Below are positions 1 to 10,521 of a stretch of DNA of 64,000 bases, one piece after another. Both the position numbers and the translations under genes were made by a program. The DNA comes from a virus, in IMG/VR virus record IMGVR_UViG_3300019757_000164, positions 1 to 64,000 of that record; one strand, given 5' to 3'. Within the stretch, counting starts at the first letter, position 1. Each line of letters starts with the position of its first letter. A model generated the notes under the pieces. That model was given only the letters and a program-made list of their open reading frames with translations, made no database searches and was not told the origin of the DNA.

Positions 1-585
1 CTATTCATTCAACACCAACTCTCTAAAGAAAGGTAAATTTTCTACCCAGTCGCAGTAGTCTTTCCAAAATGACATTCTATGACCTTTTCTCTGATGATAA
101 ATCGATTTAAGTTGTAGATAATTACTTGTAACTCTCATAGTCAACTCTAATCCCATCGGAAGATTTGACATAACTACTTCATATTGTTTTTTTATATCAC
201 ATTGATCTTCCTTATTTAATTTCATGCTTAAATATTTATCTATTTCTTCTTGTGCGATTTCAATAACATCTGGTCTAACATATTGATCACATGAATTATG
301 CAAGTCCATTTTGGATATTCTATGCATCTTTGATTGACTACTTACAATATCGTGAAAATGATATCGCATGAATTGAGGTAACATGACGTGATTACAAGTT
401 AAATCATACTGGATAACAATTCCCTTTAAGAAACTATCATGAGCTGTTCCACTATCACAAGATCCCAACCCCTTTACAGTCTTTGTTATTTTATTAGTTG
501 CATTATTCGTATCTACAAGCATCGGATATTTACTTGCTTTTACCGCTGATTCTAGCCCCATCATTTCTACATTTTCTATTTTCAT
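1..585 (-). CDS. ThyX-like (flavin-dependent thymidylate synthase-like) phage protein
   Basis: QFMRYHFHDIVSSQSKMHR resembles a divergent ThyX RHRxxSxxxxSxR motif; C-terminal NYLQLKSIYHQRKGHR; lies with dUTPase and FolD-like genes; start moved to the ATG after GGAGG. Confidence 0.55.
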   Translation of the reverse strand: MKIENVEMMGLESAVKASKYPMLVDTNNATNKITKTVKGLGSCDSGTAHDSFLKGIVIQYDLTCNHVMLPQFMRYHFHDIVSSQSKMHRISKMDLHNSCDQYVRPDVIEIAQEEIDKYLSMKLNKEDQCDIKKQYEVVMSNLPMGLELTMRVTSNYLQLKSIYHQRKGHRMSFWKDYCDWVENLPFFRELVLNE

Positions 586-882
586 ATATTCCTCCATTTC
601 TATATTTAAACGCTATATAAGCGATTTTATTACCTTTGAATACTATCGCATACCTAAGTGTAATTAAATTGAATTACAACAGTATAAACCCCATTCTGTG
701 CCGTAAAATGGATGAATACCACAACCTAAGTATCTAGATTATGATATTCTTTAACTTTATCTAAAATCTCTCCCCAATTTAAGACTAGTGAACCATTTTC
801 AGTTATTTCAAATGTGTAATCATTACAATGTAACTCAATTGGATTACAATTATCTTTATCTTTCAATATTATAGTTTGCATA

Positions 883-1542
883 CTAGAATCCATTCTCAAT
901 TACATCTTGTAACATTAGATCGGCAGTTAGTTTACCGATTTCACCTCTTGTGACAATTTGAGGATGTGGTTCTTGTGTATATTCTATGTTTTTATCATCC
1001 CAGTGTTTCTTAGATAGCGGCTTGAAATTACCAGCAGTATCAATTACATTGTTCGAGTAAAACATTTTTACTTCAGCGTCATATCTAGTCGAGTTAACAA
1101 TTAGATTGAAGTGAGACAAAAATTCATCATCTAAATATTGCCTATCTTGATGTGCGCACGTAGCGATTATTCTGCCCTTATATCTAAGCCTATCATCTAA
1201 TGCTTCATTAACATTTCCACTCCCATATAATAATACCTTTGAACACCTAAAGTTTTCTGGAATATTTGAAATAATAGCAGTAACAACTTGATCATTTTCA
1301 ATGTTTCTCGTTTTGTCTCTTCCATATAATTTTAGATTAGTGGGATGTAACAATAGCACACTTCCACTATTTCTCTCTAGATAATTGTTTAGTTGTTCCT
1401 GAGTTTCAAATGGTTTATCTGGTATATCTAAATTGATCTCATCATCATAATAATCTTTCCAACATGATTTAATACGCTTTAGATAAGATTCTGAGTTCTT
1501 ATCATTCTGTGGCGATTTAACCACGATTAATGTAGGTTTCAT
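883..1542 (-). CDS. Divergent FolD-like methylenetetrahydrofolate dehydrogenase/cyclohydrolase
   Basis: N-terminal KPTLIVV...SESYLKRI, VLLLHP, Rossmann-like VLLYGSGNV, C-terminal GEIGKLTADLMLQDVI (cf. FolD GGVGPMTVAMLLQN); GGAGG RBS before ATG 1542. Confidence 0.6.
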   Translation of the reverse strand: MKPTLIVVKSPQNDKNSESYLKRIKSCWKDYYDDEINLDIPDKPFETQEQLNNYLERNSGSVLLLHPTNLKLYGRDKTRNIENDQVVTAIISNIPENFRCSKVLLYGSGNVNEALDDRLRYKGRIIATCAHQDRQYLDDEFLSHFNLIVNSTRYDAEVKMFYSNNVIDTAGNFKPLSKKHWDDKNIEYTQEPHPQIVTRGEIGKLTADLMLQDVIENGF

Positions 1543-1552
1543 ATTTACCTCC

Positions 1553-2068
1553 TTAAATTCCAGTACTCCCGTATCCACCTCTGTCGGTTGACTCTAACTC
1601 ATTAACCTCATTAAATACTATTTCTGGCATAGCATCAATAATTTCGAACTGTAATATTCTATCACCTAGTTCCATAATACCATCATCTAATGCATAAAAC
1701 TCAGCTCTCCAAATATCATTAGTTCCGTTATAAGGTTTGATTGTATAGTCTAGGCAACCAACATGATTGGTCAACATTACGTTGAAGTTTTTACGAGTAC
1801 TACTTCTCATATATGCTCTTGCAGATTTTCCTTTTGGAATATTCATTGAAACACCGAGTGAAACCCTAAAGATATCGCCTTTTTGATATTTTAATTCACC
1901 AGTGTTTTCAAATACCCCAGTACCTTTCGAAAACTTTGGATTCCCTTTGAATACTTTATCCAATCCGCAAAATTGAAGATCGATTAAATCACCATTTCTC
2001 TGCAAGTCCACTACTGGTGAGTGTTTTACAATATCTACTTTAATTGCTTGTTGTTTACATTTACACAT
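1553..2068 (-). CDS. dut: Trimeric dUTPase
   Basis: RSS motif, GCLDY, GDRILQ, C-terminal RGGYGSTG. Confidence 0.9.
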   Translation of the reverse strand: MCKCKQQAIKVDIVKHSPVVDLQRNGDLIDLQFCGLDKVFKGNPKFSKGTGVFENTGELKYQKGDIFRVSLGVSMNIPKGKSARAYMRSSTRKNFNVMLTNHVGCLDYTIKPYNGTNDIWRAEFYALDDGIMELGDRILQFEIIDAMPEIVFNEVNELESTDRGGYGSTGI

Positions 2069-2078
2069 TTTACTCCTC

Positions 2079-2318
2079 CTATTTCAATTTCTTTCTAATA
2101 TTATTCTTTGATCTTTCTGTCATATTATATTCTGGCGTTTCATCTAATATTTCTTCTATTTCTTGTGGCGAAATGTATTCTTCATCTGAATGAGATAGTT
2201 TAGAACACTCGACTAAATACTCCATTTCAGATTTAAACCACTTACGATACTCTTTGCATTTATCTGATATTGCAATATTAATCACCTCCAAATAAGAGAG
2301 GGAAAGTAATCCCCTCAC
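2079..2318 (-). CDS. Hypothetical protein
   Basis: ORF packed in the minus-strand operon. Confidence 0.5.
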   Translation of the reverse strand: MRGLLSLSYLEVINIAISDKCKEYRKWFKSEMEYLVECSKLSHSDEEYISPQEIEEILDETPEYNMTERSKNNIRKKLK

Positions 2319-2320
2319 AA

Positions 2321-4267
2321 TTATCTCTCAGAATTCGAATAAAATTGTCGTTCTCCGAGTTCTCTCTTCCTTTCACTCTTGTATGAATCCTGCTTTACAA
2401 GATAGCCAACTATTTTAATGCCTTTTGATACGCTTTTGGTATTACAAATAGGACATAAATCTCCGAAAAAGCTATGATCATTCTTGCAAATATCTATCAA
2501 AGAAATATACGAAAAATACTTTACACCCGCTCTAGCAAGTCCTAGGGTGAACTCTTTTGCATCTTCGAATGTCTGGAAATTTTCTCCATTATTTATATGA
2601 AGTATTACACCTCCACCACAGGCATCGTCTAACTGGCTTGCTTCTATTCTGTTAAATACAGATGTAGATTCTTTTAATGGAATCCATTGATTTCCGTATA
2701 AATAACAATCTTTGCCTAAATGTCTATTAATAAATTCATTTCCAAAAAATAGTCTGTCTTTTTTATTGAGCTTTACAGCCCCGCTCTCCATAGGAGCTTG
2801 TTCCACGTTTGAAATGAATCCATATTTATGCTCAGTCTGTTCATTTACTTCTTTGATTGACTTAAACATATTCTGTACAAATTCGATACCCTCTTCAGTA
2901 TACTTAGCACCCATAGATCTGTCTATTCCACCGAAGATATCAGTTGCTTCAAATACTCCATTAATTCCAGTTGTGGCAAACATATCCTTCATGTTAATCA
3001 AACCATGCGTAAACAGGGGTAGCAATCCTTTCTCTATTAATTTCTCTAGTATCTTTCTATGACAACAATGGAATTTATTGAGTAGTTCTACATTTTGTCT
3101 TACTAAATCATAAAACTTATCCTTATTGCCATCACTTAGTAATGCCATCCTAACTAAATTCAGCGTAACCACTTTTGTAGAGCCTACGTTTAACTCAGAA
3201 CCACCAATTGAATTAAATATTTTCTCTCTATTTAAATCTTTGGTATTATTAACCATTCTGCAACAACTAGCAACCGAGGTCACTTCTGGTACAGTCATGA
3301 TATTGATGTCATTAAAACCAAACTTCCAATTATGTCTAACTACATTATCAAAGGTTTCCTCATCAACATACTTTCCATCTTCGTATAATAAGGTTGCAGA
3401 TATTACTGGAAATGTGTGCCACTTTTCTTTTCTAAGTTCTCCAATGTAATCCATAAAATCGTTTTGAAATTGTAATATCCCATCCATATGTTCTATGATG
3501 CCAGATCCATCAGGGTATGTTTCTTCCATAAAGAACTTTGCGATATGTGCATAATCAAGAATAGATACATTTGTATAAGCCGATTGGATTCCTCCTTTTA
3601 AATATGGTTGGTTTAAATTGAAAATAAATTCTTGAAACTTTTGGTTTCTGTATTTTTCAGCCATGTCTTTATTCATATTTTTAGTATCTTGCAAGAAAAA
3701 ATAGTATGCGTATACAAAATAGTCTGGGAGACCACACGCACCAGATTGCATATTTGTAGCATAACTAATAAACTCCAAAATGTGATGGTTAAAAGTATCC
3801 CAGTGTTTTGGTGGTTTTGCTTTCATTTCACCTATGAAAAATAACCCTTTTTCAACAATTGGCTTAACCGAATACGCAAAACAGTATGGCATAAAACTAG
3901 AACTATGCGAATCGTGTTCATACAATGTTCCAGAAACACAAGCCTCTAAATATTCATCAGCTACTTCTTTACCAAATTCCTCCTTCATTTCAATATATAT
4001 TTTGTTCTTAGACAATAGTTTCGTAAAAGGTTTTGTTGATTCATTGATCATTGTGTTGATGTTTTTGCTTCCAACATTTGCATTATCATCTATGCTTGCA
4101 TCTGCTACTGTTTTAGTCTCCATGAAAGCCTTAAAGAAATTGCACGTATCCAATTGGTGAGGAGCTAGTCCCTCGATTGTCATCATTTGTGTTCCAAATT
4201 TATCATGAAGTTCTTCTAATTTGTTTTTAAATTGTCTATCTAATGTCATTGGGAAATTATATCTCAT
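2321..4267 (-). CDS. nrdD: Anaerobic (class III) ribonucleoside-triphosphate reductase
   Basis: QSGA motif, TFPV, SCCR finger loop, C-terminal Zn-binding CxxH...CxxC and glycyl-radical loop IVGYL. Confidence 0.93.
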   Translation of the reverse strand: MRYNFPMTLDRQFKNKLEELHDKFGTQMMTIEGLAPHQLDTCNFFKAFMETKTVADASIDDNANVGSKNINTMINESTKPFTKLLSKNKIYIEMKEEFGKEVADEYLEACVSGTLYEHDSHSSSFMPYCFAYSVKPIVEKGLFFIGEMKAKPPKHWDTFNHHILEFISYATNMQSGACGLPDYFVYAYYFFLQDTKNMNKDMAEKYRNQKFQEFIFNLNQPYLKGGIQSAYTNVSILDYAHIAKFFMEETYPDGSGIIEHMDGILQFQNDFMDYIGELRKEKWHTFPVISATLLYEDGKYVDEETFDNVVRHNWKFGFNDINIMTVPEVTSVASCCRMVNNTKDLNREKIFNSIGGSELNVGSTKVVTLNLVRMALLSDGNKDKFYDLVRQNVELLNKFHCCHRKILEKLIEKGLLPLFTHGLINMKDMFATTGINGVFEATDIFGGIDRSMGAKYTEEGIEFVQNMFKSIKEVNEQTEHKYGFISNVEQAPMESGAVKLNKKDRLFFGNEFINRHLGKDCYLYGNQWIPLKESTSVFNRIEASQLDDACGGGVILHINNGENFQTFEDAKEFTLGLARAGVKYFSYISLIDICKNDHSFFGDLCPICNTKSVSKGIKIVGYLVKQDSYKSERKRELGERQFYSNSER

Positions 4268-4776
4268 TTATTCTCCTTTTCTATGTTTAAATTTATATTG
4301 TCCATAATTTCATGATTTTTAAAATCATAAATTATCTGATTACTACTTGATGGTATATAATTATCTACGTGTAGTTCGCTAATATATTCTCCCAAAACTC
4401 CGTAATCTATATGCTTAAAATTGTTAATCGACCACCCATCCAACCGCTTCCAGCTATATAACACAATCAAGCTGTCTACATACTTAGACTTTACAGTTCC
4501 ACTCAACCTGTTGAGACGTTCTTTATTATGATCAGCCGTCGGCTCTCCACCAACAAAAGATATTATAACTTGCTTATGGAATTTAGAGAAGTTTGATATT
4601 TCTCTCAATAAATGTTCTTCGATTTGTTTAATCGGTGTGAATTCACTTGGTGTTTCTAACAACTCTTTGTTGTGGCAACCATTACATTTAATAGGTTTGT
4701 CGCATCCATATAAATACACCTCTAATGCAGGTTTCCCAAGTCCACTCTTTGTAGAATATTGTATACTATAATCCAA
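4264..4776 (-). CDS. nrdG: Anaerobic RNR activating protein (radical SAM)
   Basis: GCDKPIKCNGCHN, GGEP, SSSNQ; overlaps the nrdD start. Confidence 0.85.
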   Translation of the reverse strand: MDYSIQYSTKSGLGKPALEVYLYGCDKPIKCNGCHNKELLETPSEFTPIKQIEEHLLREISNFSKFHKQVIISFVGGEPTADHNKERLNRLSGTVKSKYVDSLIVLYSWKRLDGWSINNFKHIDYGVLGEYISELHVDNYIPSSSNQIIYDFKNHEIMDNINLNIEKENK

Positions 4777-4864
4777 TCTCTCACCTCCTTATTTCTTATA
4801 TGCTTTCCTTAGCTTCTTTTATATAATAACACACTTGGTGTCATATTACAACACCTAAATGTAA

Positions 4865-5245
4865 TTATTTTTCATCATCATATTTAATTGTACTTTCTGT
4901 AAATCCCATGGCTTTCATTTCTTTTCTAAGATCGCCGTCATTTGGTATAAATCCAACTAATCTGTCCTGATAGTCCTCAAGACTCCAATTATTCCACATA
5001 CAGTCTTGAATAATATGCAAATTGTCATTGTCAATCTCGTCACTTAATTCAAGCTCAGACATAATTCCATATGCAGTATAATCAATCATATATCCTAAAC
5101 TATCCATTACTTGCTGTTTTAGCTCATCTTCAGTAAACCCAAATCTATCTCCTAGCATCTTTCTGCACATATTAATTGCACAGTGAGTTTGAAAAATCGC
5201 TCTGTCTGCAAATGTTAATTCTCTGTCAAAATCCTTGTTAGTCAT
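4865..5245 (-). CDS. Hypothetical protein
   Basis: ORF with GAGGAGG RBS. Confidence 0.6.
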   Translation of the reverse strand: MTNKDFDRELTFADRAIFQTHCAINMCRKMLGDRFGFTEDELKQQVMDSLGYMIDYTAYGIMSELELSDEIDNDNLHIIQDCMWNNWSLEDYQDRLVGFIPNDGDLRKEMKAMGFTESTIKYDDEK

Positions 5246-5685
5246 TATACCTCCTCAATTTTAAATAGTTTACCCTTTTCACTTTCTGGTAAATCTGTTT
5301 CAATGTTATCTTCATCAATAATTCTATACCACTTTTCGCCGTTTAATTCGTACTCATCAAATTCATAAGTTTTACTGATCTTCACACTCGGTGGGAATTC
5401 CCAATTCTTCATCTCGATCAGAATCTGTGGTAGAAATCTCATTACTTTCATCTTCATCCTCCTTATTTATAATTATAACATCTTTACCATCATCATTCAA
5501 CTCAAATATAGAATTAATATCATTTTCACTTAATTCAGTCACATAATCATTATATGTAGCAATGAATCTATAGTATTTTTTACCATTTCTGATTTCAATA
5601 GAATCAACGTTATATACTTGGTTGACTGGTATAACGGTTAAGTTTTGATTGCCTAACCATAATTGCTTTAATATTTTTAGTTGCA

Positions 5686-6435
5686 TTAATCCTCCTTTTT
5701 CAATAACGCTTCAACTTTTGAAATTTCATCGCTTGTATGTGCAACATTTCCTTTGTTGATTTGTAAGTACCACTCAAGAACCTTTTTTCTTGTAGGCAAA
5801 TCATTAATCACAAATATTAAGTCTGCACCAAAATGATTGAATTCTCTTGCGTAATAACCAATACCACCTTCGTCCAGTTCTTTAAAAACAGTAATTTCGT
5901 TGTTTAAAAACATCAGTATAGCAGTCAGTCTTTGTTTCCCATCTACGATGACCATATTACCCTCCCATCCCTTCATCCAACCGGGGTGATTGAAGTAAAT
6001 GGGATTGGTCTTGCCGCCTTGGAGTATAAACTCAACAAATGCAACTCTCTGATCTGTATTCCAAACGTGTGCTCTCTGGAAGTCTGGATTCAAATCTAAA
6101 CCATCTTCTTCTATATACAACTCTATCTTTTTCTTTAGCATATCGAGAGGTATATTGACTCTATAGTTTCCAACCGGTATTAGCTCTGGGATTTCATTAC
6201 ATCTAATAATCTTACCGAGATATTCTTTAATTTTATCTGCTGTTTCTGTCTCGCCAGCCTCTCTCAAAAATATCTCGGTATAAGACAAATGTCTTCTCGA
6301 ATAGTCATTCAATGGTCTCTCTGAGCCGAAATTAATATTCTTGCTTTGTGTATTATTATCTCTAACCACAAAGGTGCCATCGTCTAACTTATCTAATTTA
6401 TTTAAATACGTTTTATAAGTTTTAATAATTTTCAT
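5686..6435 (-). CDS. DUF262/ParB-like (GmrS-type) domain protein
   Basis: LNPDFQRAHVW and VIVDGKQRLTA motifs, QINKG. Confidence 0.8.
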   Translation of the reverse strand: MKIIKTYKTYLNKLDKLDDGTFVVRDNNTQSKNINFGSERPLNDYSRRHLSYTEIFLREAGETETADKIKEYLGKIIRCNEIPELIPVGNYRVNIPLDMLKKKIELYIEEDGLDLNPDFQRAHVWNTDQRVAFVEFILQGGKTNPIYFNHPGWMKGWEGNMVIVDGKQRLTAILMFLNNEITVFKELDEGGIGYYAREFNHFGADLIFVINDLPTRKKVLEWYLQINKGNVAHTSDEISKVEALLKKED

Positions 6436-6463
6436 AATTCCTCCTTTAATCATTTTCACTATC

Positions 6464-6533
6464 TAGTATTTCCAACCACTCAACCCAATTGTGTTTATAA
6501 CATACACTTATGCATTAAATAGGCTCAAAGTGG
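6464..6533. repeat. Dispersed dif-like palindromic repeat, site A
   Basis: tagtatttccaac...attgtgtttataa-CATACAC-ttatgcattaaat...tcaaagtgg. Confidence 0.8.
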
Positions 6534-6535
6534 CA

Positions 6536-6817
6536 TTATAGGTCAAATGAACTCAATCTCCCCATAACCCTCTTGCCGTTTCTAACATCATTAATTGACA
6601 CTCCATTTCTATGAACCTCAACTCCTAGTTCTTCTAATTTTTTAAAAACATCATGACTATCATCAAGATCATGCTCGTACAATGCAATTCCTATTCCACA
6701 CATTGGACAAAATTTCCAATCTTCATTTTCGATATAATAATCACAATCTGGGCAATAGCACTCAGCATCATCTTTTGCGTCATTTGTTGGTGGTGTCCAC
6801 CTTACTAGTTTTTTCAT
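6536..6817 (-). CDS. Small zinc-ribbon protein
   Basis: CPDC...FCPMCG. Confidence 0.6.
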   Translation of the reverse strand: MKKLVRWTPPTNDAKDDAECYCPDCDYYIENEDWKFCPMCGIGIALYEHDLDDSHDVFKKLEELGVEVHRNGVSINDVRNGKRVMGRLSSFDL

Positions 6818-6845
6818 ATTTTCTCCTTTCATAACTTTATAGTTA

Positions 6846-7685
6846 CTACAAGTATTCACTCAAATATTTGCTCCTACTTGGATTTTTTAATTTTCTTAAC
6901 GCCTTTGCTTCGATTTGTCTAACACGCTCTCTAGATATGTATATATCACAATCACAACTCAGCATTCTTGACATTTCTTCCAGCGTTCTAGATTTACCGT
7001 CTTGCAATCCAAATCTATATTTTATTGTTTTCTGTTCTCTAGGAGTTAGTGTGCCTAATGCCTTGGCTATGTCCCTTTGTAGAAAATAATGCTGAACTAT
7101 TTCGTGTTGAGTTTTCAGAGAATCATCTGGAATAAAGTCTCCTAAAAATGAATCTTCTTCTTCACCAATAGGTGTTTCAAGTGAAACAGGTTCTTGGGCA
7201 ATCTTTAGTATTTCTCTAACCTTTTCTACTGGTATATCCATTTCATCCGCAATCTCTAATGGTTTTGGGTCTCTGCTCAATTCTTGAATTAACTGACGCT
7301 TAACTCTGATTAGCTTGTTAATTGTCTCAACCATATGAATTGGAATACGAATTGCTCTAGCTTGATCTGAAATTGCTCTAGTGATTGCTTGTCTGATCCA
7401 CCATGTTGCATAAGTCGAGAACTTGTAACCTTTTCTCCAGTCAAACTTTTCAACAGCCTTAATTAGACCTAAGTTACCCTCTTGAATTAAGTCAAGGAAC
7501 AACATACCTCTACCAACGTATCTCTTAGCAATACTTACTACAAGTCTAAGATGACCTTCTATTAACTTATTTTTAGAATGTTCACATCCATCCTCCATCT
7601 TTTTAGCTAATTCTATTTCTTCTAAGCCAGATAACAGTGGCGTCATTCCAGTTTCTTTTAAATACATTCTTACTGGGTCATCCAT
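6846..7685 (-). CDS. RNA polymerase sigma-70 factor, RpoD/SigA-like, lacking region 1.1
   Basis: [72 protein letters not shown]. Confidence 0.95.
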   Translation of the reverse strand: MDDPVRMYLKETGMTPLLSGLEEIELAKKMEDGCEHSKNKLIEGHLRLVVSIAKRYVGRGMLFLDLIQEGNLGLIKAVEKFDWRKGYKFSTYATWWIRQAITRAISDQARAIRIPIHMVETINKLIRVKRQLIQELSRDPKPLEIADEMDIPVEKVREILKIAQEPVSLETPIGEEEDSFLGDFIPDDSLKTQHEIVQHYFLQRDIAKALGTLTPREQKTIKYRFGLQDGKSRTLEEMSRMLSCDCDIYISRERVRQIEAKALRKLKNPSRSKYLSEYL

Positions 7686-7726
7686 ATAATCTCTCCTTTC
7701 ATAAGAAACTCCCTTAACTTATCTTT

Positions 7727-7755
7727 AGTATATCAGAGTCAAGAGAGAATTGCAA
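7727..7755 (-). promoter_or_regulatory. SigA-type promoter for the sigma factor gene
   Basis: TTGCAA-17 nt-TATACT with TG extension. Confidence 0.65.
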
Positions 7756-7760
7756 GCGTT

Positions 7761-8345
7761 TTATTTAGATTTATTTCTTTTTTCTCGTTCTTTTTTAGTG
7801 TACTTCTTATTCATCTTATAGAATAATCCATCATGTATTTCCCAATCAAAATACTCATCTATTTGATCATGTCTTAACTGTGGGGATGTAGCTGTAGCTC
7901 TTTTTATAGTTGGATGTAGTTCTTTGTAGTATAAACCTCTCAGCTTCTTCTCAAAATTATTTCCAACCGTTGTTTCAACCCAACATCCACCTAAAAATTT
8001 AGGAACTTCTGACGCATAGTAATATGGAATGTTTGGATTTTGATATAACCACATTTTCCTTTTTAAAATGGCATCTTTTTCGTGATGAGATCCACCTTTA
8101 GTGTCTATTATATACTGACTGCCATCCAATCTTGTAATTAAGAAATCAGGGTAATGATCAATGGACTCCTCTTTCTTTCCCCTGAAATTAATAAACTCTG
8201 GCTGTAACTCATACTTAACAGCTACGTCAAAATCATTTATAAAACCATTTTCTTTTGCTTTCTTTATATCTTTGTAGAACTCAGCTTCTGATGGAGATAG
8301 AAATTTATATCCATCTAATTCAACTATATTATTTCCTTTAGCCAT
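7761..8345 (-). CDS. DUF1064-like PD-(D/E)xK nuclease
   Basis: FLSPSEAEFY, YELQP, YPDF...IIDTKG. Confidence 0.7.
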   Translation of the reverse strand: MAKGNNIVELDGYKFLSPSEAEFYKDIKKAKENGFINDFDVAVKYELQPEFINFRGKKEESIDHYPDFLITRLDGSQYIIDTKGGSHHEKDAILKRKMWLYQNPNIPYYYASEVPKFLGGCWVETTVGNNFEKKLRGLYYKELHPTIKRATATSPQLRHDQIDEYFDWEIHDGLFYKMNKKYTKKEREKRNKSK

Positions 8346-8354
8346 TGTCACCTC

Positions 8355-9993
8355 CTAATTACATACTATTAAGTCAGATATTATTTGTTTACTTTCGTAT
8401 ACTTTATTATATCCATTATACCTATTCATTGCAACAGATCCTATGACGGAAATAGTTGTTGCTCTTAGATATTTCATAGTTTTTTCTTCTGTGTTAAATT
8501 TCATGATGTTTAAAGGTATATCACCATTTTGAGTTAGTTTGGTATGATTTTTGTTCTCTCCTATTTTCTCAGCTTTTGTTATTCTTATATTTTCAACTAA
8601 AAACTTAGGTTTCTCAAATCCAACTCCTGTTATTTTGCTCAATGAATCTATCTCATCTAGCATCTCAATTGTCATACTTGATTTTGGTAATTTCATATCA
8701 TAATAGTAAAACTTATCAATAAAATTATTCTTATACTTTTCATTAAAGAAGTCAAATATTTTCTGCTTGTTATTTATATCAAAACTCGATCCAAATGCCA
8801 AAGAGTGACCGAAATTTCCTTTAAATAATCCACTATTGTTCAAATCTGCTCTAAAATTAATTCCTTCACTTGGACATCTAGCACTTCCTCTGAAAATCCC
8901 ATCATATACTGCGCCAAACAAACAAGGTTTGTTATACTCTTTCATAACTTTATTGGCAACTAAACCGTAGATATTTCTATCATAACCAGAATCTGTCATG
9001 TCTATAACTATTATCTTATTTGATAAATCAATCATATCGTTTGATTGCATATATTTAAATATATCATCACTTACTGATTTTCTTTTTTCGTTAATATCGA
9101 TTACTTTATCTATTATTTCATTTGCATCATCTTCATATTCACAAATCAACAGTTCAAATATTAAATAGATATTATCTAATCTTATAACAGAGTTTATGCA
9201 AGGAGATATATAGAAGCTTATTGATTCAGATGTTGGCTCAGCTTGTTTTAATAGTTTATCGAATAATAATCTGATTCCTAAGTTTCCTTGTCTTTGTTTT
9301 ATTAATTCTAATCCTTTTTCTACAATATATCTGTTTTCTAATTGATCTAATCTCATCATGTCCCCAATTAATCCGATAGATGCTAGATCAAGATAGTCAT
9401 CTGCAATATCGCAATCCATTTTTTCATCCATAGCCTTACAGAATTTATATGCAATTGCAGACCCACTTAGATGTTTATTTGGATATCCATGAGTTGTTGA
9501 ATTTACTATTGTAGCATATGGATTTTCAAACTCTTGACTATGATGATCCAACACTATCACATCACATCTTTCTTTGAGCTCTTTACATTCTTCTACTGAA
9601 TTTGTACTACTATCAACTATTATAAGTAAATCACAGTCAAATGGTACATTATCTGGAATAACTCCATGACCATCATTTCTTTGATGAAATACATACTTTA
9701 TATTTGTTGTAAAGTTTCTTAGATACAAGTATAGGACTCCATTGGCTGTAACTCCATCATTGTCAAACATCACCATAGACACATATTGTCTTACCTTTCT
9801 CAATCGCATCTAATGTCTTGAATACTACTATATCCATAGCATATAGATCAAATGGTGAATACATATTATCTTTAGTTGGGAAAAAGAAGGCATCATAATC
9901 AACCTTCTTGATACCTCTCATATTACAAAACCACTCTTTAACACTGTTCGGTTTACTCGATATAATTGGTTTTCTTTGAATTATATTCATCAT
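8355..9993 (-). CDS. recJ: RecJ-like ssDNA exonuclease (DHH/DHHA1), split by a +1 frameshift at 9762-9768
   Basis: ORF 9763-9993 ends ICVYGDV*; the next frame continues DNDGVTA (motif I YGDxDxDG); IIVD, LDHH, GLIGD, RGSAR, GH present; joined product about 545 aa. Confidence 0.85.
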
Positions 9994-10514
9994 TTCAACC
10001 TTTCTCTAAGATAGTAGTATAGATAAACAAATATCTGCTTACCCATCCTTTCTTTTGGTATTGACTTAAACACTACTCCATACCTATGTTCAAACGTGTA
10101 TAAGCTTGCAAGAAATGCATTTGGAGAATACTTACTTCTGTAATTCCCGTCATATAGATCATCCCATGATTGTTCTACATATATTGGCATCTTTACTTTA
10201 CACATAGCAAGTTCTTGACAAAATCTAGCTCTATTGGTAACTATATTACCATAAAGTTCATTCCATCCTGATTTTCGCTCAATTAACACACTGTCTCTAA
10301 AGTCTAGTGCGTGTGTAATTCCGTATTCTTGCATTGGATCAACGCACACACTATAGTCTCCATAGTCAAGTTTATCTACTTTATATTTTATTTTGTGCTT
10401 ATCGAAATATTCCAGAATGTGACCGTTAGCCTTTTCTCTGGAATCCACTACGACAGTTAGATTCTTGCATATTTTATCTATTTCCTTCTTATCGAACTTT
10501 CTATTATTTAACAT
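9990..10514 (-). CDS. ERCC4-domain nuclease
   Basis: VVDSREK, LDYGDY, IERKS. Confidence 0.85.
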   Translation of the reverse strand: MLNNRKFDKKEIDKICKNLTVVVDSREKANGHILEYFDKHKIKYKVDKLDYGDYSVCVDPMQEYGITHALDFRDSVLIERKSGWNELYGNIVTNRARFCQELAMCKVKMPIYVEQSWDDLYDGNYRSKYSPNAFLASLYTFEHRYGVVFKSIPKERMGKQIFVYLYYYLRERLK

Positions 10515-10521
10515 AGTCCTC

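Noticed and set aside
9763-9765. TGA readthrough or an alternative genetic code
   Set aside because: The continuation is in a different frame, and TGA, TAG and TAA all end genes normally elsewhere.
8355-9809. RecJ starting at 9809 (MRLRKV...) as an independent gene
   Set aside because: It would lack the first half of motif I, which is encoded in the overlapping upstream frame.
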